64,000 nt of DNA from Iphione sp. A-MEVVRFRX5 (taxonomy: Eukaryota): assembly GCA_976226885.1 (NCBI GenBank), contig OZ320322.1:42656001-42720000 (forward strand). Direction: 5' to 3'. The stretch's first letter is position 1, and every line of letters begins with the position of its first letter. Both the position numbers and the translations under genes were made by a program. This document shows positions 25,132 through 35,250 of this stretch, piece by piece. The notes beneath the pieces were generated by a model that saw only the letters and a program-made list of their open reading frames with translations, was not told where the DNA came from and did not search any database.

Positions 25132-26516
25132 CTGTAAAGTGGGGTTACTTGAGACAGTGGGGTAACTTGGTAACACCACCTTACTATAAAAGTGCTCCTT
25201 AATTACACTACCTATTAAAAACGTTGCCTGAAAGTAGTCCATCCTCATGAACTCTCATCTCACATAAATGTAATTTTAGAAAGACATGGTATTTATTTGT
25301 TTCACTGGTATGTTTGTGAATACTATTCATAAAGAAGAAGAAAATGGCATGTATTGCCAGTTGGTATAGACTATCAGTAAAAATGTGTAGATGTATGCAC
25401 TATTTTCTTCAGTTGGGTGTAGTGATACACTGGTGACCTTGACCTTTGAATTTCAACAGAGAGAGACACAGAGTCGGCCGCCGATGGACAACAGCTCTCT
25501 CTCTCTCCCTCTCTCTCTCTTTGTGCGCACATACAACCAGTTCAAGTGCCGAAGGTGCTTGTATATAATATAAATCATAGCAAAATCATATACTTATCAA
25601 GATGTAGCTGCTATTGATACTAATTATTTGAGTATGAATGATATTTCTTACTACTAAGGAAAACATTTGTAAAAATGGAATAAAAATATAATAAATAGTC
25701 ATATAAAAATATAATTGTGTATAAGTTTGGTCACACAGAATTAGGTTATATACATATTGGTTTAAAGTTATATTTTGTGAGAAACTCCATTTTTTTTTAA
25801 ATAGATGTGATAATTCAATTCATCCTAATTGCATGATCCACCATTTTATGACATATTTCACCAAAAAACTGAGAAATCTGGGGTAACATGAAGTACTCTT
25901 TTAAGTTACTCTAGGTAAGGGGTACATTTGAATATTTCATTCCTATGGCTACCAATTTCGAAATACTACACACAACTACAATATGGAAGTCAGAAAACAC
26001 TCCTAAGAAGATTTGTTAGATAAGCTCTTTAAGGTACAGGCCATCGCTATAAATCAATTTCTCAAGTAACCCCATAGTGGGATAACTTGAGATGCTTGGG
26101 CTTACATGAGACAGCCTTTAACTTTTAGGTGAAAAGGTGAATCCAGTTAATATTGAAATATCTGACAAATATATTGCTATATCAGCATAAACATGTCATT
26201 CAAGAAAAAGTGATATTAGTGTTTGAAAAGTCAATTTAAATAAGTTTTTTAGATGTAGACCATTGTTAATAGTAACTGTCTCAAGTTACTTCAAGCTGTC
26301 TCAAGTAACCCCAAAGCTGTGGTAACTTGAGGCAGCTGTTTGTAAAAGAAATGATACATGTATACTTAAAATATATATTTTTCAAATCTTTAACAACATT
26401 CAAATCTACACTAGGTCTATCTATCATATTCAATAAATACCTCAACCTTACTATGTTAAATATTGTTGATAATTCAAAACAACCTTAAAAACGGTCTCAA
26501 GTAACCCACTTTATGG
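25132..26516. mobile_element. Complete non-autonomous pogo/Tigger-like (Tc1/mariner superfamily) DNA transposon, 1385 bp
   Basis: Left TIR CTGTAAAGTGGGGTTACTTGAGAC (25132-) and right TIR GTCTCAAGTAACCCACTTTATGG (-26516), both flanked by TA. Internal copies of the TCTCAAGTAACCCC motif at about 26060-26090 and 26278-26333. No transposase ORF. Confidence 0.88.
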
Positions 26517-27185
26517 TATCATTAGCATCTCAAACTCTGCCTGTATGCCTCATATATGATTTATAATACCTGACTTCGTATTTTGCCTCATCCCAGCACA
26601 TTGTACCTGTTTTCTCTTAATATTCAATATAGTGTTCCCAGAGTCAATCAATGTATGGACTTTATATATTTATAGACCATACATATATATAAAACATATA
26701 TATATTGCACGATGCTTTAACAGACTCTTTATAACCGAGGATGATACAGTATGTTCTCCTGCCAACCTTAATTGCTGCAGGTATATCTCTAGTAACAAAA
26801 ACCCGTCAAAATGAATATTTTTTCTGCACTTGTTTTGTGGCCCTTTTAGATGGAAACACTAATAATGAAGGAGCTACATTTTCATTGAAGCCTATCATAG
26901 AATGAATGCCTACAAGCTGTGAATGCCTGCAGGCAGTTCCGTATGAACAATGGGTGATGCTTTGATGCATTTTCTGTGGATACAAAGAGACCTAAACGTA
27001 CATCATTCTTTTCAAAATGATTTTTAAGAGAGACATTGCTTTAAATTTTAAACAATTTATATGTAAATAGATCAAAATTATTTACTTACAAACCGAAATG
27101 AAAAACGAACTCTTAATAGAACTAGCTCTGATGAGATGTAATATAGTGTACGGTGCATTCCACTCTGGCTTTGCACTCTATATCA

Positions 27186-27545
27186 GGAGACAAACTTGAT
27201 CTGAACACTTTCAAGTTACTAAATGATATGGCCGATGCAGCATCTGATGAGAAAGCCAATTTGGCAGAAATGAATGATAATGCAACTGCCGGCACATGCG
27301 ATGAACTACCATTGTTTGAATTAGCTGAGGGAACAACTAAGGAAAATAATGGGCATTTGCTGGTGTAACTTGATCCTGAGTGATGGAGTTATTGAAAGAT
27401 ACCTGCATAATGTCAATCTGAGGGTTCATGAGAAAAGCATAAGACATTACTTCATACCAGGCGTAGAGCTTGGTGGTGTGGAAAAGGTTTGAAGGAAATA
27501 ATTTCCTTCAATTGTCAATGGTGATGGGAACTATTGTTAAACCCA
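27186..27545 (+). pseudogene. Decayed coding-like segment with a possible OTU/vertnin-like motif
   Basis: ORF 27153-27368, then a shifted frame ..EKSIRHYFIPGVELGGVEKV*RK*FPSIVNGDGNYC resembling the P..+.GDGNC pattern of OTU-like domains. A GTAAG donor follows near 27550. Confidence 0.3.
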
Positions 27546-27824
27546 GCCGGTAAGATTCTTGTAGACTTCTGCAGTACTTTCTTACATTGCTTTCCAGTTA
27601 TGACCAGAGATGGATTTATCACTACTCTGAGGTCAGTGTTTACTGTCTATAATTGAATACCTATACTCCTCTACATATGTGAACTTTACTCTCATCCTGA
27701 TTGCTATTTTTAATATCATGTGGCTTCACGTACCTAACATTCTGTGAGAATGACAATGAAACCAATAATGTCCACTCGTATAAATTATATCATCCCTCTC
27801 AAAAAGTGAATTGATCATTCTTAT

Positions 27825-28328
27825 ATGGGAATGATAGATGATAAGTTGAGTATGCAACAAGATGTGCGCCTCCTCAAGCAAAGAACCTGGGTGACATCGG
27901 CTAAACTATGCCGTGCGAAGCGTTATCTTCCGCTCTCTGCCAGACTAATTCTGTTCAAAGCACTTGTCCTGTCTATTGTGCACTATCACTCGGTGGCTTT
28001 ATTCTCTTTGAACCCCTCGGGGCTTATAGGCTTGCAGACTCATGTCAACAGATGTGCTAGGGCAGCCATTCAGTGTGGCCCCTACCTTTCGGCAAGGAGA
28101 CTTCAATCAGCATTCGATGTACCGCGTGTGGATACCCTCATTCTGAAGAGAGGTCTGAATTCTGTTCACCGGCTAATGCACCTGGGTCTTCTCTCTTCAT
28201 GTGAGAGTACGGGGACTCGGCAAGGGACTGGCTGGCAAGCCAAGACTCAGAAACCGCGGTCGACCAGACACTCTGTTAGCCTTCGGTACCGCGCTGTACG
28301 CGCATGGAACCAGCTGCCAGGGAGATGA
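27825..28328 (+). CDS. LINE ORF2 C-terminal fragment (RT thumb and C-terminal region), 167 aa
   Basis: GMIDDKLS, RYLPLSARLILFKALVLSIVHY and SLRYRAVRAWNQLP are typical of CR1/L2-group ORF2 ends. Confidence 0.88.
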   Translation: MGMIDDKLSMQQDVRLLKQRTWVTSAKLCRAKRYLPLSARLILFKALVLSIVHYHSVALFSLNPSGLIGLQTHVNRCARAAIQCGPYLSARRLQSAFDVPRVDTLILKRGLNSVHRLMHLGLLSSCESTGTRQGTGWQAKTQKPRSTRHSVSLRYRAVRAWNQLPGR

Positions 28329-28610
28329 TCAAGCAGGGCAAGAAATTGTGCCTCAGCAATGACTTACTGGATAAGCTTTGATCACCGGCTGTGATGACGT
28401 AGAGTGCTGACATTGATCTACTACCCGGTAGCAGACCCCTGACCTCTGCAAACTACTCCCATGCAGCACTCCAGGCCTACCAATAATTGGTCTGACTCCG
28501 TCTCTGGTCACAACCTGCCTTCGCATTCTGACATAACTTCCTTGACTATTACCCCCCCCCCCCGCCCCTCTATTTCTTTTGACTTTATCTATGGGCAATC
28601 GTCCTGTGAT

Positions 28611-28808
28611 TTCCCAATGCATATCACTTAATAATCCACGGCTCGGTGTGCTGGCCAGCTCGCATATGCTTCTGCATTGGCCCTACCCCTTCATCAATAG
28701 CCACCAATGCTTCCCAATGCATATCACTTAATAATCCACGGCTCGGTGTGCTGGCCAGCTCGCATATGCTTCTGCATTGGCCCTACCCCTTCATCAATAG
28801 CCACCAAT
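28611..28808. repeat. Exact tandem duplication with 100-bp period inside the LINE 3' region
   Basis: 28611-28708 is identical to 28711-28808. Confidence 0.97.
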
Positions 28809-31800
28809 AGTGATACTTGTATCTCGAATAACTCCCATCCCAGTCTCTGTGATGCAGATACATGGACTACTTTCCTGCAATCTGTGGTATGCCGCAGACT
28901 GTCTGTCACTGCTTTTGGTCTTGTCTATGTAAATCAACTATTTCTCCGAAGGTCATAGCCTCTGGGTTGCTCCTTCCCCACCATCCCCTGCCCTTCATTA
29001 TAAGTACCAACAGGGGTCTCTTTTAACCTACTATCCTGTCAGTTCCTTGCCCGCCCATGTCTTCCCCCCCCCTCCCCCCGGGGCTTCCCCCAGTTAGCAT
29101 TCCACAGATGCCCCGGGATAGGATATGATATAACTCCCCTACCTGATTGTTACTGCTCTGGTACCTACTACCGCACTAGCCTCCCCCAGTTGGACTATGT
29201 AGCCCTTCAGGAGTGTTACTGCCTCTCCCGCTTCTACTACCCACACAAGCCCTTTGCCTTCAGTCCCTAATCGCTGACAACTCGTACCAGCTCGGAAGCC
29301 ATGGGGTAGCAGTTTCCTTCATGCCAACTATATGCTGAGACAGTATGCTACAATATGACATCATAATTGTAAAATCGACAGTCCAGCACTCAATGTGCCA
29401 GTGCCCTAATGTAGATTGTAAACAACTATCTATCCATGGTGCTGCATGCACTAGTCTATCTAAATGTGACTGTACTGACCATTATAAGTGTCTCCTAGCT
29501 AACTGCTATGTTTGAATGTTTCTCCTACCGTATTGAACCATTCAGTCAATAATTGTCTAATCCTTGTGATGTACTGTGCTCTCCTGTCTGACAATCAATT
29601 GTTCCTGTAGCACTAAGAGTGCTTCCTCAACTGTTGTGTTCTGACTGCTATCTGAACGCACTCCCCCAAGTACCCATTGCTTTAAAAGAACATGCTCATA
29701 CCCTATATGGCTGCTCTCATATATGTTAATTAATTTTTTCATGTAATTGCGTCTGTGTTGTCAATCATTTATATGTCTTGTTTTGTGTCTTGTATTGTGA
29801 ATTGTCACTATTTTTGCACTTCGTTGTTTTGTAAAACCACACCTTCTGTATTAACCAGGAAAGCTCTAACTATTGTATGAGAATCGGTTAATAAACAGTT
29901 TTCAATTCAATTCAAAAACCAAGTAAAGTCATATCTCCAGGTAAGAGGTATCAGTGTATGAAACGATGATCAACCAGAAAGACAGTCTAGTTTTCAAGTA
30001 CCTATCTTGTAAGCTAATATATAATGAAGAACACAAGAGTTTCCACGGCCTACTAAGGGAAGTATAATTATATTCCAAAGGAAGTTTAGTGTTAAATCGA
30101 TCCATTATTCAGAAATAAATTCAAACTATCTCCATTGTCCGTTATAACTAAATATACTCTTTGCATGTCATGTAAAAACACATTTAAGCCTATACCAACC
30201 TGATTACGTAATATCAATCAACTATGATGTCTATTCTCAGTACATGTACATATTCTTCATCAGGTGGTGGGGAACTAGAGGATGGCGGGCAAGTCTCCGC
30301 TACACAAGCTTTAGGCATTTGTAACCTGCATGTAGCAATCTTCTAAAGAAGGCCCCATCCAGGGCGGAAACGCATGAGAAATAAACATCATAAAGACAAT
30401 GCATAAGAAATAAACACCATAAAGGCAAAATTAACTCTAATGTCCCATATATATTTAGCTGGTTTCTCCTCTTTCATTTGGTATCCTACCCAATAACCAT
30501 AAAGAATAGGGCGTAAAGTGTTGGATTATTGCAGAAAGTGTCATTGGTGCTTATTCTTCCATATCTATACTCAAAGTTGCTGTTTACTCATTATAATTGT
30601 GGACAACCAAGTGCATTTTCCTGCTTCATTGCCTTCTATAAGGTAAAACTCTGGGAACGTTCCTTACTTTGGTCAAGAAGACGGGGGCTTGCTATCATTA
30701 GCTAGGCATACAGTTTTCAATTCACTGAATGATGTTCAACTGCCTGGAAGGAACCAAGAAATCGTGGGCAATTATTTTTACAAGTGTTTGACTTTTCAAA
30801 AGGCGACCGATCTCTGCGACCTACTACTAAGGGGCAGTGCGCATAAACCAAACTGGACTGCCAAAGAATGCAATGAAAATCAGCTATCATATATGAAATC
30901 ACCGGTATCGATGTATTTTGCTAAGAAAGCAGATTTACGGTTAGTTTTTCGCTCAGAAACCAGATTATACATTGTACTATTGTATCATCTTTTCGTGGAC
31001 CTTAAAAATCGTTGGTGATTCGAATTATTAGAGATCGTTTAACTAGTAGATTTAGAAAATGATTTCTTATACCCGGCTGCTGTATCAGATTACTGCACAT
31101 ATATGGAAAAAGTAGAGAGGGAAACCAACCGCCCCAATATTATATTTTTTAAGAGGTCAATGAAATGGCCTGTCAAATTGCTCTGATACTGCCTGGAAGT
31201 CATGAAAATTATTTTCTATTATTTAATATAACGACAGACAAATAGATACTGCTTATATGGTTCACAATGGAATTAATTCAGTGGACGTCACATTCTACTG
31301 ACAGTCAGATCTATACGCATTCATGATGAGAAGAGGTTGAAATCTAAATGTTTTGGAATAGGTCAAGGCAAAAAGAGCAATAGTATCCTCTGCTACAAAC
31401 AGGTAATTAATAACTTACCAATCACTAAAGAATCCAAGTATTGCATAAGAAATTGCCGTGTACATCACTGTTTACCAAGTTGATTTTTGCATGTAGCACT
31501 TGATAAGGGACTATTCAAAGATCTACATCAAGGAATAATGTATGTACCAGTATGCCTTTCTGTCAAAATGCAGAAGGAGTCTGAAATCAACTATTAATTT
31601 CTTACATTATATATGGTTTTCTCAAAGGATATTTGATTAATGCTTAATAGACGTTTGCATTCTATTACACACATAGCAAATTGCCGATCTGATATTAATT
31701 TCCGAGTGAAAACTTCAAGTTAAAACCATACTGAAATGGGGTTCTGCTGACACTGAAAGTTCATTGCCTTTCCTAAAATATAATTACTACTGTTCAGTAC

Positions 31801-32382
31801 TTATATGGTCTCAGTCTTTTGCCATTATGCTGCAAACATCTGTAAAACAGTGGCTAAAATGTGTTGTTTAATATGTTGTAGATAGTCCTACATTTTGCAC
31901 AAACACTTCCCGTGGCACTGTTAATCCTTAATTCTAGTGGTCTGTTGCTACCGATGTGGAGGGCCACGTTATTATTTTTCTAACTTGTTTAGGATCCAAA
32001 AGTATAATTTCTTTTGTAATGGGAGGTGTTCCACAGCATTGGTATAGAACAAATGCTATGCTTTAGACCAGGCGCCGGCTGCTGTAATGTTGAGTTAGAT
32101 CGACTTAGCGCTAAGTCGGTAACTTAGGTCAACCTAACTTTTAGTGCAGTCAAAGGTAACAAACTAAGTCGGGTTTTAACCTCACTTAAGTCGACTTAAG
32201 GGAAATGCTGTCTGCTGTAATATATTAAAACGACCTAAGTCACCCATTTTAACAAGAGTGACCCACTTTTTCTAAATCCACCCCTGAGGGAGGTTTAGAA
32301 AAGTAGGTCGCGACTTAAGTGATGCCTGGAGGTGGTGGCAGGGCATCAGTCTGCCTCTGTCAGCCAAACAGGAAGAGTCAAA

Positions 32383-34431
32383 ATGGAGTTTGCTCTAGCC
32401 GGAGATTTAGAAGGAGCCCTTGCCCCTGCCAGGGAAGTTTTTCATGATGATATGGAGAACGCGAGCGATGAGGACTATGATGAACTTGAGGAGGAGATGT
32501 TGGACTTCAATGCTGTCCAGCATGGCAGACACTACTACGGGCAGGAATTTGTAGAGAGGAGATTGTCCGATCTACAAAATCCACTGGAATACTTGAGAGA
32601 GAAGGAGGTGAGGGACAAGTATTGGTTCTTCCCCTCACAACATCTATCGGATTGTCGATTATGTGGCCCCGCAACTGCAGCAGTGGCGAAGAAGGGGCCC
32701 TGCCTTCACACCGTTGCTTCAGGTTATCCTTTTCCTTTGCTACCTTGCCACAGGTAAGACATAAATCATTTTCTAAATTTTTTTTGTAATTTGTAATACA
32801 TAATATGTAATGGGTAATACGGAATGAGTATGGCACCATGCATTTTACTTTGTGTTTCTCTGACCCCCTTGACAAGGAAGGGTGTACATACTGTTACACA
32901 TTCTTAAAAATAATTAGTATGTGATTTGTAATTAGTAATATGTAATCAATAAAACGTAACATGTAAATGATAAAAGTGAATAACCTTACAAGAACCTCTG
33001 TCTATAGTATAGTGTTACACGTCATATGTATTGTTATATGTAGTACGTAATATGTAATATGTAAATGTGTTCCGTATTATAGGTTAATTACAACGCTCGA
33101 TGCAGAATTGTGTTATCAAAGTTTATTGCCAACCATATATTTCAACCACGCGTGGGTACTTTTCCTTTAATTTGCTTCAGCAATTTCTCACTTGTTTGTT
33201 GCCCCTGTGTGTTGCCTCATCTGTGGTGTACCAAACTGCAAATAAAAATGAAAGTGTCTTCACATTTGCAGACAGTATTCAGGACGTGGTGGGCGACATT
33301 GTCCGTGTGACCAATCTGACTGTATGTTGGAGAGTACACTGTGTCGCCATGGCAATTATCGATACAATGAAAGACAAGTTCATGCGACTGCCAGACAAAA
33401 AGGAAAGGTACAAGACAATGCAAGGTTTCCGGAAAATGGCAGGATTTCCTTTCGCTATTGGCTGCATAGATTGCACCCACATCCGCATCATCAGGCCACG
33501 CGAGCGTCACACGGAGTATGTTGATTGCCGTGATAACTACTCCCTAAATGTGCAGGTTATCATTTCTATGGTACAAGCCCCTTAAATGTTGTGTGTACGG
33601 ATGTTAGTTTCCTTTGCATCTCTGTCCTTATGCCCTATACATAACTTACGCTGTTGTTTAGTTGTTTACACACCAGTGACAGAGTATGTGCGTGTTATTA
33701 GTGCAGTGCATCTGTGATCACACCATGCAGATTCACGACATGGTGGCCTGTTGGCCTGGCAGCATGCATGACGCCCGCATCTTCCTTGCCTGTGATCTCA
33801 ACAGGGAATACCTGTCGCGCTGTAAGTACACTGAAGACAAAAGCTTTCCAGATAAGTGAATACACAAGAACCGTGTGACCAACCGTATATCTAATGTATT
33901 ATGTCCACCACCACGACAGCTTGACATATAGTGTGGATGCAGCACCAAGTGTGCCCTGTTGTTTGTGAATTTATTTGCTTTAATTAGCAATTAATTTTGT
34001 CTTTGCAGTATGTGGCCCTGGTCACCTTTTGGGCGACAATGGTTATGCTTGCACGTGGCGTTGTTTGACCCCTTTCCGAGCAAATCAACAGCAGGGAGAA
34101 GCGGAAAAGAGGTATGTAGATGTGCATACCCACACCAGAATGCTGATCGACTTTTGGTGTCCTGAAGAGGCGTTTCTCAGCACTGCATGGGAGGATGAGC
34201 TTCCATCCAACCCGTTACAACCAGATGATACAGGCTGCCGGTATTCTGCACAATTTCGCCATTGATCAGTGGGACGAAATCTTGGAGAAGATCCGTCCCA
34301 TCGCAAACCTAATAGAACATGATGACCCTGAGGATGACCCCGAACCCGTCCCCGATGATATCGCTGCCAACGATGCCATCATTAATGGGCCCATTTATTG
34401 GGCCACCTTCATCAGACAGTACTTTACATAG
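32383..34431 (+). pseudogene. Harbinger (HARBI1-like, DDE_Tnp_4-type) transposase pseudogene, 4 exons, 2 frameshifts
   Basis: Exons 32383-32753, 33272-33555, 33707-33821 and 34009-34431, joined by phase-compatible GT-AG introns. Motifs LQVILFLCYLAT, GFPFAIGCIDCTHIRI, SLNVQ|CICD, WPGSMHDARIF, LLGDNGY, FGVLKRRF and ILHNF. Frameshifts near 32630 and 34150. Confidence 0.93.
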
Positions 34432-34465
34432 CTGTCTCACCTCAGGACAATATATCAGGGTGATT

Positions 34466-35250
34466 CTGGGATGGTACTGGGAAAGCAGATGATGAAGTCA
34501 TCTTCCTCCTCCTCCTCATCCATCTCGGGCACCCAGTGACTTGTTCGCCCATCATTTGCATAACAACTTAACTGCAACGCCTCACGATGATCCACAATAG
34601 TTGTATTGTGTTTGCTATAACTTCTTTGAGATATGTATAGGTATATCTAAGTTAACTCTCTACAAGTATCTTTAGTATAGGATGTCCACATAATGTTTCA
34701 CTACTGACGCTTGGCAACTGGGTGGATTGTAAGTAGTATAAGAAATGTGCCTCTCTCATTTGGAAATAAAGAAAGATTGTTTGTAAGGAAGTTCTTTTAT
34801 TCAAAATAGATAAATGAAATAACATAATAATAAGCACACAAATGAATAACACCAAGTAAAATGTAACAGCTGTCAATAATGGAACTGAAAAGGATATGTA
34901 ATATGTAATTCATAACACAGAAATCTATGTCAGTATAGGCCATCCCATAACGGTCAGACGTACTATATAAATAAAAGATAACAATCATTCAGTCTGGTAA
35001 TAGAAAGGTCCCTGACCACTGGAAAAGAAGCATAATATGTAATATGTAATACGTAATATGTAAAAACACCTAAATGTTCACCCGCCCAAATATCACAATT
35101 TACTTCCCCGACAATCGCTCCACCAATGCCATGATGGCCATGAACTCATCTTGGTCTACATGGCCTTGTACCCTGCCCAACCTCTCTCTGAGTTCCACTT
35201 CTGGATCAGATGATGCCTCGCTACTGTCCGATGCCGGCGGTTCCGTGGAC
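34466..35250 (-). pseudogene. C-terminal exon fragments of the probable Harbinger partner (Myb/SANT-like) gene
   Basis: Convergent with the transposase, as is usual in Harbingers. Minus frames STEPPASDSSEASSDPEVELRERLGRVQGHVDQDEFMAIMALVERL (35250-35105) and HREALQLSC..EMDEEEEEDDFII (34615-34466). The Myb domain itself is not seen, so the assignment is positional. Confidence 0.45.

Larger units (their letters stand above)
27766..29915 (+). mobile_element. 5'-truncated LINE with long 3' region and (TTCAA)n tail
   Basis: ORF2 C-terminal ORF 27825-28328; AATAAA at 29890-29895 followed by TTTTCAATTCAATTCAA. Candidate 7-bp TSD AAACCAA at 27759-27765 and 29916-29922 (could be chance). Confidence 0.8.

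Noticed and set aside
27243-27275. Hammerhead-ribozyme-like CTGATGA...GCCAATTTGGC...GAAA
   Set aside because: Stem II is not closed directly between CUGAUGA and GAAA (no G10.1-C11.1 pair), stems I and III are not evident, and it lies in a coding-like frame.
28611-28808. Direct repeats as a possible CRISPR-like array
   Set aside because: Two adjacent 100-bp copies with no unique spacers, in eukaryotic LINE context; a simple tandem duplication.
30689-31560. Plus-strand stop-poor tract starting at ORF 30689-31018
   Set aside because: No recognisable motif or splice structure; cannot be told apart from random AT-rich frames by eye.
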